Shown: one piece after another, positions 36,400 through 48,651 of the stretch
Numbering within the stretch: position 1 is the first letter of the stretch
How the letters are laid out: every line of letters starts with the position of its first letter
Origin: Azolla caroliniana
Lineage: Eukaryota; Plantae; Polypodiophyta
Length of the DNA stretch: 64,000 bases
Direction: 5' to 3'
Assembly (NCBI GenBank): GCA_043228905.1
Contig: JBHGNT010000014.1
Location: 2,294,001-2,358,000 of the forward strand
Program-made: the position numbers and the translations under genes
The notes under the pieces: generated by a model
Told to the model about the DNA's origin: nothing
Databases searched by the model: none
What the model saw: only the letters and a program-made list of their open reading frames with translations

Positions 36400-39103
36400 C
36401 AAAAATGAGTGTTTATCCAATCATCAAAACTAAAATAAAAGAAAATAGCTTAAGCTAAGAGAGTTCTAGTAGTGTACAAAATTTTGCACTAAGCCTAATC
36501 TCACTTCAATCCAAGTCTCTCAAAAAGAAGTGGGAGGTCAAAAGTTTTTGGTGTGGGTGTGACCCATGGGCCCGATGCATAGAGTGCCCTAGCCATGGCT
36601 TCTAGGCGGTGTAGTTCACGTTCCCTTATTTTCTTTATTGCTTCTAGATCTCATCGAGTTGCTTTGAAACTCGGCATGCAAGGGCGTTTGGTTCTTCTTT
36701 GATTTTCTGCTTCATCAAGAAAAAGCACGAGTGGTGCAAGTGTGTCGACATTCATTGTCTCCCCCTGTTCCTGAAAAACTTCATTTGTTACATTGGAGAA
36801 AGTCTTGACACAGCCATCCGCCATTGACTGGTCTTTAGCCACCTCTGACTCAATGTCGTTTCTCGTGGCTACCTCCTCAATCATGTTAACCTCACACTTT
36901 TTATCTCCCTTGTTTATGCAAGCTTTGCTCATCCTAGCACCTTCATCACTTGATGTTTCAGACACGATGCGTGTTCCGAAACATTTGCCCTTAGTTGAAG
37001 TGGCATTCGTCACCCTCGATTCATTTGTTTCATTCTTCGCCATTGTTTCTTTACAAGACGAGAAGGCGTCTTGTTCCACATCTTCTCCCATGGTTACATC
37101 GTGGTACCGAACCTAGCCCTCTGTATCAACCGTAACATTAATCCGCATTTGTTGGGAGGCTTCTTCTTCTTCGCTCATCATTTGCTTCAATTTTTGCTCC
37201 TTTTGAAGCTTCTCTTCAGCCTCAACTTGTGCCTTTAAGTTCTCGAATGCCTCTTCCATCAAGACTTCTATGTCGAGTATTGTTGAACCTTCCCTCTTCG
37301 AGTTTTCTTCTTTAGGTGGTAGTTTGTAGTTGCTTCTTGTCCTCCTTTCACCATCCGTCATGGATTGTGTTGTTGCCGATAAGAATCTTGTCTTCCTCTT
37401 ATCGTGCAGTTGACATACTCTTTCCACTTTCGTCCAATCCTCGGTGAGGCCATTTGCACCATCATCATCCTCAAGTCGGATTCCAATGGCATTCCTTTCC
37501 TTCCGATCGATTGACTTCACAAACATTAGGACTTTTTCCACCCCCACCAATCTTTGATCCCGCTCCGAGAGTTGTGCAAAGCGACACTCGAACTCAACGA
37601 AAGCATGCATGGCACTTTGGTGGGTCTTTAATGATGATACCATTGATTGAACTCGTATAGTTTGCATCTCTTCGGTTCTTTGTATCTATACGCCTCCATG
37701 AGATATCCTCCTACCGCCTCGTTTCACGTCGGGTTCACCAAAGATGTCGCGAAAATACGACGAGGATACGTGAACTTTGAGGTAGGACCCCAGGCCTCCG
37801 ACCGGAAGATATCAGATTCGTATGATTATATTCAACAATTAATACAAAATGATAAAGATTCACAAATTTCATTAATAAAGGGAAAGAAAAATTACAATCA
37901 ATCTCAAGATTGAGATTACAAAAGTTTTATCTTAAGGAGATTGCTAGAATAATAGATTCGAAGAAACTAAGATACGGATTCCATAGAGATTTAGGGTTCT
38001 TGGCTTTGATAAGAGATTATGGTTATATGAGTATTATGGCTTCAGTAGGGAAGATTAGCGTTTTTTAGTGTTATGGCTTCCGTAGGGAAGATTAGGGTTT
38101 TTGGATTCCGTAAGGAAATTTAGGGTTCTTGAGAGACATGGCTTCCCTAAGATAAGGGAGTTGAGAAGGAAAAGAAAAATAATCGAGATAATATGGAGAG
38201 TATGAGTGTAAGAAAAAAAATGGAATATATATAGAGTTCTCCCTTGATTATAGCCTTTCCACTTTTTGTTGCATGGCCTCTACTTTTAGTTGCCTAGCTT
38301 TTTCTTTTCGTTGCATCTATTTTTAGTTGCATGGCTTTTTCTTTTAGTTGCATGTGACCGTCCACATGACCTTTACTTTTTGCATGCCCTCCAACTTTAG
38401 TTGCTTGCGTCCACATGGCCTTTACTTTAGTTCTCTTCACTTTACTTTAGTTTGTTGCATGATCCAATCTTTCGTCCGTCCGCGTCCAACCTCGTCCGAT
38501 AGCCGGTTCCATTTTGCTTGCTGGCCGGTTGCGGTTGCGGTTTGCTTGCCGACCAGTTCCGGTTTGCTTGTCGGTTGCGGTTCCGGTTTTGCTCGCCGGT
38601 TCGAGTTCCGGTTTTGCTTGCCGGCCGGTTCCGGTGCCGGTTTGCTTGGCGATTCCAGTGCCGGTTTGCTTGCCAATTCCGGTTCCAGTTTTACTTACCG
38701 GCCGGTTTCCGGTTTGCATACCAGCCGGTTTCCGGATTTGCTTACCGGACCGGTTTCCGAATTTGTTTACCGGCCGGTTTCCGGTTTTAGGGAATTTGGC
38801 CACCGTCATCCATCAAGACAAAGTGGCCAAAGTGCTCTTAGCACAAATGAAAAATGAGGGAGCTCAAGGTGCTTATATAGCCAGGGCCTTAACTTTCCTA
38901 TCTATGTGGGATAGTTCTAATTTCCCTATCTTCTCAAACTTTATTTTCACATAACTTGATATGTATTTCTCCATTTTGTATATAGTAAAATACATTTGGA
39001 AGCTCTTGAGTATATCCATCTTTCTATAGTAAGCGACTAATCTAATCTATAATAATTATTTCATGATTATTTTTTTACATAGTGTGTGAAGATTCACACG
39101 ACA
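36400..39103 (-). mobile_element. Gypsy-related element G2: 5' LTR 37745-39103, PBS-Trp, gag plus acidic tail, no pol seen
   Basis: PBS 37723-37740; gag 37113-37700 resembles G3 gag (FECRFAQLSERDQ..KVLMFVKSID..GLTEDW); left boundary uncertain. Confidence 0.78.
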
Positions 39104-39821
39104 CCGGCGACGGCGAGGCGGCTGCATCCGGTGTCAGTGAGATGATGGCATCCGGCGACGACGAGGTGACGGCATCCGGCGCCGGTGAGATGACGACATC
39201 CGGCGAGGCACCGGTAACCGACGACATCTGGCGAACCGGCGTCCGATGACTAGATATATAAATATATATACATATATACATATACAAGGAGGGCAAGTAA
39301 GGATTCGAACCTTGCACCTCCGAGTTAGGAGTCAATTGGCTTACCATTAAGCCATGCCATTTAGTTGAATTTATATTTCTATCATTGTACTTTTACATGT
39401 AAATTCTCATACATGAGATCTAAAATGAGTGACATGGTTATCATGCACCACATGTAATACATAAGCGCTAAATGGCAAACATGCATTTTTATGCATGTCT
39501 TGTACCCTCACATGCATCATATGCATGAGAGCATCTATAAAAGAAGGAAGGGGGAGGAGAAAAAAGGTTTTTTTTTTGGGTTATGAAATTAAGAGGAAGA
39601 AATTCGTTATCAAATTGATCGTGTAACTTGTTTCTTAAATCCAAAGATAAAAGTTCAATCAATCTCTCTCAATCGTTTAATTTCAACTTCTCTCTTTCCC
39701 AATCTATCTTAAGTACTTTCTCGCTAAAGCTTGCGCCAAAGCTTGGACCGACTTTGAATCCTTCCGGTCCAGAACCCCGGCGGTTCCGCCTCACGATCCA
39801 CGCGTAGTGACGGATCTTCAC
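39104..39821 (+). mobile_element. LTR-like fragment with 24-bp CATCCGG repeats and an antisense tRNA-like module
   Basis: Repeats 39104-39245, A/B boxes 39301-39354 (-), CTATAAAAG at about 39535; layout like 13295-14122; right end tentative. Confidence 0.55.
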
Positions 39822-41772
39822 AACAACGTACAACTTTTATAGTAGTACACGACGTGCATGCGCAGGAATCGAGAAAAGGCGGCAAAGATGGGAACACAAA
39901 AAGTCCGCGTTATAGAGTCTCTTTCATTTCATGAACACGGAGCACTTTGCACACACAAGAGGTTATAGGTGATCAAGGGAACGGAAGAAGCTACTGCAGA
40001 CACCCAAATGCTTACCACCACCACCAAAGCAAACGACACACTAGAGCCCATGGCGCTCTCTAAGACTGCCAAGAAATGGTTTACACAACATGGATTGGAA
40101 GGTTTTCTCCGGAAAGTAGAAGCACCTCCCCACGACGAACCGAAAAAGGTCGCAAAGAAGAATGACCTGGAGGAAATAACAGAGGAGGCTAACTGTGCCT
40201 GAATCAGATTGCCGGAGGGAGGGATCTACTCTATTGAGAATCCCTCCCCAGAGACGTTGACGAGGCTCTTCGGCGAGTACTCCCTCGCCAGCAAAGCATA
40301 CCGAACACAATGCGGGGATGACGCCTTGTTCCAAGAAGTGGCTCGTGGGCTCCACGAGTATGGGTTCGTGCACCCCCGACCCCCGGCAATGCCTCGGACC
40401 AGAGTTGGGTTCATCATCGCAACAAACGAAGGGGAGAAAGTGGTTTGGCTGGCAATCATCGCCAATTCCCTTCGAGTGGCTATCCAATCCGTAGTGGATG
40501 GCAAGAAAGTATGGACAACGGTGGCCCAATGGCTCACCCTTCTCACACCACCAATGCTGATAATAAAGGCGAAGAAGCGGGGCTGAGTGGCGGATCCAAC
40601 GCCAAACATACCTTCGAAGCGGCAACAACTCCTCGCCAAGGACACTCTTGGTTGGACAGAGGGAGGATCGGCACAGAAGGAAAAGGAATAGCCCAATCGG
40701 AAGTAGTAGGCGAAGACCGAGGCACCAATAGAACCACCAGTAAAGCCTCTTAAAATGAAATTGCGCCAACAAGAGTGAGAGCCACCCACCTTGGCTCAAA
40801 GAGGAGGCGGCGTAGGAAGAACCCGCCAACAATTTCCTACGTAGCCAGAAGAGAAGCAACGCGGAGCAACCAGGGGACAAATCGGGTCTGGTAACGGACA
40901 ACACACCAACTCCCCGCTCTGAGGGACAAGAGCCAAGGCAAGAGACTGCGCCTGTAGGACCAAAAGCGGTGGCACTGGTGCTACCAGAACCAGTGATAGA
41001 ACTACCTATCTGACAGGGTCGACAGACACAACAAGAAAAGGAGTTGTTATTAGAGATAACAATACAACAAGGGCATGAGGTGAGACCAGAGCCGACACCA
41101 CAACCTGAACTGCCAAAGCAATAAGGCATCAACAGTCAATGACTGCGTTGTATTGGAGAGCAGGTGGCTGGGGTGGTAAGCCAAATTGAAGCCGAAGAGA
41201 AAGTACAAGGGGACCAATTATTCGCCACAACTGAAGAACTTGAGAAAGCATGGTCGAGGATCCGAAGCATGGAGGAAGAAGTTGAGAAGGCCAAAGTAGA
41301 CGCACCAAACAGGTTAGTTCGGGACTGACAGGACCAGAACTAGTGGTACCGGTGAATGAATTGATAAATAACACGTCGGTAGCCCCTACAACGGTAGACA
41401 CAAGTAATGGGCACGAACGAGAACTCTCCACCCTAAGGGAGGAGTTGGCTGCCCAAGAGGCCTTGAGGGCCGGAGAATGGGAACAAAAGAAGGTAGCGGA
41501 GGAAGAGAAACCAAAAATTGAAGAGAACATCCGGAAGACTCACCAATTAAATGACCGGTTGAAAGAAGAGAAGGAGAAGTTGCTACAAGAAAAGTATAAG
41601 CTCCGACGATCTGCAGAAGTCAAAATGCAGTGGCTAAAAGAAGAACTCCGGTAGCAGAAAGACCGGGAGGACCGCGGTTGACAACAAATAAACCAGAAGC
41701 TAAAACAGAAGACAGATGATTTTGAACGACTGCACCGAGATCACAAACACTTAGATGCGGAGCATAAGAAAT

Positions 41773-44700
41773 TGTTGGGATTTCGGTCCCTCCAGATGGG
41801 ATGTCCGGAGATGAATGACGGCAAGCCCGGTTGCGGTTACGGAACCGGAGGATGAAGAGTGCCCGGTTACGGAGACGGATGATGAAGACCCCGGCTACGG
41901 AGCCGGATGACGAAGACCCGGCTACGGAGCCGGATGATGAATGTACCCGGAGAGAGATCCGGATGCGGGGACATATTTGTGAATATGTTTGCCAAGGGCC
42001 CTTGAGGCCATATTTGTAAATAGCCCGAAAGTCATATGTGTATAAATATGACTTAGGGCAAACAATTTTGTTGTTGTTGCTCATTTTTTATGCGAAGTGA
42101 GAGCAGCCGAGAGTGCAACAGAGAGAGAGAGAGAGAGAGAGACGAAGAGGTCGTTGCCTCTGTACCGCCGCCTGTGGCGAAGACAGTGAGCTCAAGGTTG
42201 TTGCCTTGCAGCTTCACCAGTGTGCATCCCTGTTCATAGTGATAGTTGGAGTTTGAGGACTCTCGTGGTTTTTCCCATTTAGGGTTTTCCACGTAAAATA
42301 TCCAGTGTACCTTTCTCTCTATTGTCCTCGTGCATTTTGTATTTCCCGTTTTCTGTGAGTTGATCCTATTCCTCGGTTGTGGCCGAGCACCTGTTTTTCA
42401 ACAATTTGGTATCAGAGCGACGGTAACACAGAAAATGGAAGGCGGCGGTAGTGGGCCTCCGGGCATGATGGTGTTGAACTCACAGAACTACGCCGACTGG
42501 AAGATAAAGATGGAAGACCTTCTCATCGTCCGAGACCTGTACGAACCGATCGACAATGCCGAGATACCGAAGGGAGTAATAGAGTCGGAGTGGAAGCTCC
42601 TGAACCGGAAAGCCGTTGCAACCATTCGGCAATACGTCGACGTGAGCGTTCTGCAACATGTGGCGAACGACACCAACGCATATGAGATGTGGCGGAAGCT
42701 GTCGGGCCTCTACGAGAGGAAGAATGCGTTGAACCGGACCTCCCTGATGAGGAAGATAGTGAACCTCAAGTACCGGGACGGCGAGAATATGGTGGAACAC
42801 GTGAGCACGTTCATGGGATTCGTGAACCAGCTTGCGGCGATCAAGTTCCCGTTGGAGGATGCAATGCAAGCCATCATTCTGATGTGTACATTGCCGGAAA
42901 GCTGGGAGAATTTGGTGGTGACTCTCAGCACCTCCTGCACCGAAGATAACTTGTCTCTACAAACGGTAAAGACAAGCATTTTGAACGAAGAAGCGCATCG
43001 GAGAGATAAAGAACCGGCCTCCGACTTGAAGGCGCTGCTTACCGAATCGGAACGGGGAAGACAATGGAACCGGAGTCCGCAAAGACGAGAGAAGTCGGGG
43101 ACCCGGTCGCAGTCAAGAGGAAGACCCACCTGCTTCCACTGTGGGAAGCCGGGGCACTTCCGGAAGAATTGTCGGCATTACCGAAAGGACAACGGAGCCG
43201 ACGACACCGATTCGAAGAAGTCACCGGAGAGAAACGGTGCATACCGGGGAGCCACGGACCGGAGAGGTCCGGATCGGCGAGGGCAGGACCGGAAAGGAAC
43301 GACGGCACTCGCGGCAAGTGAAGAAGAGATAATGCTCATTACCGAAGACAGGGAACTAAACATTGCCGGCGATGAGACGACCTGGGTGGTCGATTCCGGA
43401 GCATCGTTCCACCTGACCCCGGAGAGAAGATACTTCTCATCCTACACAGCCGGTGAGCACGGCTGTGTCCGGATGGGAAATGAAGGCACATGCCGGATTG
43501 CCGGCATAGGAGACGTGTGGCTGATGACATCAACCGGATGCAAGATGCTGCTGAAGGATGTTCGACACGTTCCGGAGGTTCGATTGAACCTGATTTCGGC
43601 CGGGAGGCTAGACGATGAAGGCTACACGGGTAGCATCCGGAACGGTGTCATGAAGTTCAGCAAAGGGAGCCTGATAGTGGCTCGGGCTCGGAACATCAAC
43701 ACACTGTACCTGATGAATTCCCGACTATGTCCGGAGGAGCTGAACGTGGCAGCTGACACTGCCGGTGAGCTATGGCACAAGAGACTGTGCCACATGAGTG
43801 AGAAGGGGATGAAGAGGCTTGCAGAAGACAACCTTATTCCAGTGAAGCATGTGCACCTGGAGAAGTGCACCGATTGTCTGGCCGGTAAGCAAAACCGGAC
43901 CTCCTTCCACACAAGGCCACCGACGAGACGTAGCGCACCATTGGAGTTGGTGCACACTGACGTGTGTCAAGTAGAAACGAAGTCACATGGCGGAGCCCAG
44001 TACTTCGTGACATTCATTGATGACCACAGCCGGAAACTGTGGACGGCACCGTTGAAGACAAAGGACCAAGTATTGTCCGTCTTCAAAGAACTCCACGCGA
44101 GAGTGGAAAGGGAATCCGGCAAGAAGCTGAAAGCGATACGAGCGGATAACGGAGGGGAATACCGGGGGCAGTTCCAGGAGTACTGTCGCTCGAAGGGAAT
44201 CCGGCTCGAGTTTACTGTGCCGAAGACGCCAGAACTGAACGGGCTGGCCGAGAGGATGAACAGGACCATAATGGAGAGGGTCCGGAGTATGCTAGCACAT
44301 GCGAAATTACCCAAGGGATTTTGGGCTGAGGCAATGTTGACGGCGACGTATGTGATAAATAGATCACCCTCAGTACCTTTGGACGGAGACACGCCGCAGA
44401 AAGTGTGGACCGGTAAGGAAGTGTCCTACCGGCATCTGAAGGTGTTCGGGTGTCTCGCATACGTGCATGTGGCAAAGGACCGGAGAGGAAAGTTAGATCC
44501 AAAGACCCGGCCATGCATATTCCTCGGTTACGGCGACGACGAGTTCGGCTACCGAGTATGGGACCCGGTCGACAAGAAGATATTCAGGAGTCGAGATATC
44601 ATCTTCATGGAGGACAAGACACTCGCCGACTGGGAGTCGGAGAAGAAGATGAAGAGCTCCAAGTCGACCGGTGAGGATCAACTCTACGAGGAGCAGTCCC

Positions 44701-47156
44701 GACCGGCAAGGGACCGGTTAGCACTCGAGGATCCGGCCGAAGACGGTGAAGAAACAGAACCGGCCGAAGAAGATGAAAATGATACCGGAACCGGCCCCGA
44801 TCCCGAAATGGATTCGGATGAAGAAGAATCGGAAGAACCGGTTACCGAAGCTCCGGAACGGAGATATCCTCTAAGAGAGAGAAGGGCCCCCCGGAGATTT
44901 CCGGAACCAAAGCACGTGCTGCTAACCGACGAGGGGGAGCCGGAGAGCTTTGAAGAAGCAAAGCATGACACCCAGAGCCGCAGGTGGTTGAGTGCCATGC
45001 AGGACGAGATGGATTCCCTGCATGAGAACCACACATATGAACTTGTGGAGTTGCCGAAAGGAAAGCGGGCACTTCGAAACAAATGGGTGTTCAAGCTGAA
45101 ACCGGGAGATGCCGGAAACCCCCCGAGATACAAAGCCAGGATCGTGGTGAAGGGGTTTCAGCAGAAGAAGGGCGTCGACTTCGACGAGATATTTGCCCCG
45201 GTAGTGAAGATGACCTCCATCCGGACGGTGCTGAGCATAGCGGCAAGCATGGACCTCGAGGTAGAACAGATGGACGTGAAGACGGCATTCCTTCACGGTG
45301 ACCTCGAAGAAGAGATCTACATGCAGCAACCGGAAGGATTCGAGAAGAAAGGGAAGGAGCACCTGGTATGCCGGTTGAAGAAGAGCCTTTACGGACTGAA
45401 GCAGGCTCCCCGGCAATGGTACCGGAAGTTCGACTCCTTCATGACCGACGAAGGGTACCACAAAACGCAGTCCGATCACTGCGTGTTTGTGAAGAAGTTC
45501 GAAGGAGGAGACTTTCTAATACTCCTCCTATACGTGGACGACATGTTGATCGTCGGACGGGACCAGGTCAAGATACGGACGCTGAAGAAAGCGCTTCACC
45601 GAACCTTCTCAATGAAGGACCTGGGTCCGGCGAGGCAAATACTAGGGATGCACATCATCCGGGACCGGAAGAAGAAGCAGTTGTGGCTGTCACAGGAGAA
45701 GTACGTGACAAAGGTGCTTCACCGGTTCAACATGTCGGAAGCAAGACCGGTCGGGTCAACCCTCCCGGCAAACTGCAAGTTGTCCAGCAAGCAAAGCCCC
45801 AAGACAAAGGCTGAGAAGGAGGACATGATGAAAGTACCATATGCCTCTGTCGTCGGAAGCTTGATGTACGCAATGGTGTGTACAAGACCGGACATAGGAT
45901 ACGCAGTCGGAGTGGTGAGCCGGTACATGAGCAATCCCGGCAAAGACCACTGGAACGCGGTCAAGTGGATACTCCGATACCTGAAGGGCACGGCAAACGT
46001 GTGCCTCCGATTCGGCTCCGGTAAGCCCGAACTCGACGGCTTTACCGATTCGGATATGTCGGCTGATGAAGATACCAGCCGGTCCACATCAGGGTATGTG
46101 ATGACGTATGCAGGGGGAGCTGTTTCGTGGCAGTCGAGGCTGCAGAAGACGGTTGCGTTGTCAACCACGGAGGCGGAGTACATGGCGGCTGTTGAAGCCG
46201 GCAAGGAAATAATATGGATGAAGGACTTCATTAGAGAGCTCGGTATCCGGCAAGAGGAGTACCGACTCTACTGTGACAGTCAGAGTGCAATCCACCTTGC
46301 GAAGAACGCGGCCTATCACTCCCGGACGAAGCGCATCCAGCGAAGATATCACTGGATCCGGGAAAGGATAGAAAACCAGGAGTTCGTGCTGACGAAGATC
46401 CACACGGAAGAGAACGGGTCAGATATGCTGACCAAAGTGCTCACACCCGACAAGCTGGAAGCGTGCCGGAAGAGGGTCGGACTGGAAAGACATCCCATGC
46501 CGAAGTGAAGGGGGAGTTTGTTGGGATTTCGGTCCCTCCGGATGGGATGTCCGGAGATGAATGACGGCAAGCCCGGTTGCGGTTACGGAACCGGAGGATG
46601 AAGAGTGCCCGGTTACGGAGACGGATGATGAAGACCCCGGCTACGGAGCCGGATGACGAAGACCCGGCTACGGAGCCGGATGATGAATGTACCCGGAGAG
46701 AGATCCGGATGCGGGGACATATTTGTGAATATGTTTGCCAAGGGCCCTTGAGGCCATATTTGTAAATAGCCCGAAAGTCATATGTGTATAAATATGACTT
46801 AGGGCAAACAGTTTTGTTGTTGTTGCTCATTTTTTATGCGAAGTGAGAGCAGCCGAGAGTGCAGCAGAGAGAGAGAGAGAGAGAGAGAGACGAAGAGGTC
46901 GTTGCCTCTGTGTATTACCGCCGCCTGTGGCGAAGACAGTGAGCTCAAGGTTGTTGCCTTGCAGCTTCACCAGTGTGCATCCCTGTTCATAGTGATAGTT
47001 GGAGTTTGAGGACTCCCGTGGTTTTTCCCATTTAGGGTTTTCCACGTAAAATATCCAGTGTACCTTTCTCTCTATTGTCCTCGTGCATTTTGTATTTCCC
47101 GTTTTCTGTGAGTTGATCCTATTCCTCGGTTGTGGCCGAGCACCTGTTTTTCAACA
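41773..47156 (+). mobile_element. Intact young Ty1/Copia element A4
   Basis: LTRs 41773-42403 and 46519-47156 (about 4 substitutions and 2 small indels seen); TSD GAAAT; PBS-iMet 42407-42418; PPT 46507-46518. Confidence 0.98.
42435..46508 (+). CDS. Copia gag-pol polyprotein, 1357 aa
   Basis: Uninterrupted ORF, near-identical to 6283-10356; DSG, DDE and YVDD motifs present. Confidence 0.96.
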   Translation: MEGGGSGPPGMMVLNSQNYADWKIKMEDLLIVRDLYEPIDNAEIPKGVIESEWKLLNRKAVATIRQYVDVSVLQHVANDTNAYEMWRKLSGLYERKNALNRTSLMRKIVNLKYRDGENMVEHVSTFMGFVNQLAAIKFPLEDAMQAIILMCTLPESWENLVVTLSTSCTEDNLSLQTVKTSILNEEAHRRDKEPASDLKALLTESERGRQWNRSPQRREKSGTRSQSRGRPTCFHCGKPGHFRKNCRHYRKDNGADDTDSKKSPERNGAYRGATDRRGPDRRGQDRKGTTALAASEEEIMLITEDRELNIAGDETTWVVDSGASFHLTPERRYFSSYTAGEHGCVRMGNEGTCRIAGIGDVWLMTSTGCKMLLKDVRHVPEVRLNLISAGRLDDEGYTGSIRNGVMKFSKGSLIVARARNINTLYLMNSRLCPEELNVAADTAGELWHKRLCHMSEKGMKRLAEDNLIPVKHVHLEKCTDCLAGKQNRTSFHTRPPTRRSAPLELVHTDVCQVETKSHGGAQYFVTFIDDHSRKLWTAPLKTKDQVLSVFKELHARVERESGKKLKAIRADNGGEYRGQFQEYCRSKGIRLEFTVPKTPELNGLAERMNRTIMERVRSMLAHAKLPKGFWAEAMLTATYVINRSPSVPLDGDTPQKVWTGKEVSYRHLKVFGCLAYVHVAKDRRGKLDPKTRPCIFLGYGDDEFGYRVWDPVDKKIFRSRDIIFMEDKTLADWESEKKMKSSKSTGEDQLYEEQSRPARDRLALEDPAEDGEETEPAEEDENDTGTGPDPEMDSDEEESEEPVTEAPERRYPLRERRAPRRFPEPKHVLLTDEGEPESFEEAKHDTQSRRWLSAMQDEMDSLHENHTYELVELPKGKRALRNKWVFKLKPGDAGNPPRYKARIVVKGFQQKKGVDFDEIFAPVVKMTSIRTVLSIAASMDLEVEQMDVKTAFLHGDLEEEIYMQQPEGFEKKGKEHLVCRLKKSLYGLKQAPRQWYRKFDSFMTDEGYHKTQSDHCVFVKKFEGGDFLILLLYVDDMLIVGRDQVKIRTLKKALHRTFSMKDLGPARQILGMHIIRDRKKKQLWLSQEKYVTKVLHRFNMSEARPVGSTLPANCKLSSKQSPKTKAEKEDMMKVPYASVVGSLMYAMVCTRPDIGYAVGVVSRYMSNPGKDHWNAVKWILRYLKGTANVCLRFGSGKPELDGFTDSDMSADEDTSRSTSGYVMTYAGGAVSWQSRLQKTVALSTTEAEYMAAVEAGKEIIWMKDFIRELGIRQEEYRLYCDSQSAIHLAKNAAYHSRTKRIQRRYHWIRERIENQEFVLTKIHTEENGSDMLTKVLTPDKLEACRKRVGLERHPMPK

Positions 47157-48169
47157 GAAATTGGGTGCGGAGTGTGACCGGCATAAGGAGAAGATCCGCA
47201 AACTTCGGATTGAAGTGACAAAGAAAACGGAGGTACTGGCAGAAGAATGAACGAAGGCGGTTGAGTTGGCAAAGATGCTAGAGGAAGAGGCAAAGAGAAA
47301 GGATGGTGCTCACCGGACAACACTATGAAGAGATGGAACAAGCAAAATTGGCTCTGAATAGGGTTTAGACAATGTATCAAACCCAATTGCTGGAATATGG
47401 GGTGCAAGCACAGGCAACCATGGGCCTGATAAAGTAGTTAAAGGAGGAAAAGCAAGCTACGGAGGACAAATCCAAGATGGGGCTCAACCGGATCCGCGCC
47501 ATTGTGCTAGCATGGAAAGAAAGGACAAATAGTATGATTGATGAAAGCTCAGTGCAATGGTGGTCAAAATGGGCACAATAGGTGGTGGAATTATAGACTC
47601 TGCAAGCGGGTGCTGAGAACTGGAGAAAGGACGGTAACAACTTCTAGAAGATGGATGTGGAGAGCATTGTAATTATCCGGGAGTTGTCGAACGATTTCTT
47701 GTCTCTGGCAGGAGAACAATTGGCGGCTATGAGGCGATTGGTAGAACAGTTGGATGATGACCAGCTCGCCACTCAACTCCAATTTGAGCGGTATGAGTGG
47801 GAGTGTAGACAGCAAGCGGCATCGCAAATGACGGCGACAATCAACATAAGTAATGGACAACAATCTTCGGAGCAGCCACCGAATGTAGCCGGAACCGGAG
47901 GAGGCCACCGAGACGAAGCCCGAGTGGAGTAGCTGGAAGTAGCCAGATTGGAAGAGGTAGTGGAAGCAGAACGGGAGCAATAGGAGAAGCCAAGGAAGGA
48001 GGAGCCAGAGCCAGAGGGGCCGAGACCAGTAGAGCCGGGAGTGGATGGAGCCGAAGAGCAACAACAACAACAACAATCGGAGCAACAACAGTAGAAGCAG
48101 ATGGAGCAACTACCCGATGTACCGCTGGAACCCCTGGACCAGAGTATTTTGGACATTTTGGAAGATGAG

Positions 48170-48588
48170 TGTAAGGGGTAACCTGTGGGTTCGACGTACA
48201 AGGTAATGTCCCATGGGTGTGCCATGTGTTGGCCGGTTAGCCCAAAGTATGAAAGGGGAGCCGGTTTTGGGATAATGGGAGTTGTAATTAGAATTATTTA
48301 TTATAATTATAAGATCGGACGGACGGATCCAGATCCGGATCGGTTCAAAGCTGGTTGCCGATTGGCACCGGTTTGTAACACAGCCGGATACCTATAAAAG
48401 GATTCGGATATGATGTAACTGAGGACGGATAATTAATAAAGAAGTGTTGTTATTTTCATATCTTGTTTATCCTGTCATTTTCATTTTGTTCTTAACGATG
48501 TTGATCCTACGCGTGTAACTAATTGATCCGGATAACAATCAGAGAGGATCGGTTTTGTGTTATGGTCTACCCATTCCTTACCGTAACA
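48170..48588. mobile_element. LTR-like segment (TGTAAGGGG...CCGTAACA)
   Basis: TG..CA ends, CTATAAAAG at 48392, GATCCGG motifs; no partner or TSD in window. Confidence 0.4.
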
Positions 48589-48651
48589 CCCCTTTGGTGA
48601 AGTGTTCCGGAAGGACACCCTATGTTAGTGGTTTGTCCAGCCCAAGATTAA

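Larger units (their letters stand above)
39888..48173 (+). pseudogene. Decayed long orphan ORF (globular N-terminus, low-complexity linker, coiled coil), split by Copia A4
   Basis: In-frame pieces 39888-40202 and 40209-40586, then 41343-41654; E/Q/K-rich coding-like sequence resumes after the TSD at 47157. Confidence 0.55.

Noticed and set aside
40041-41132. 363-aa minus-strand ORF and the many antisense ORFs over pol genes
   Set aside because: Shadow frames of plus-strand or pol coding sequence, with no recognisable motifs
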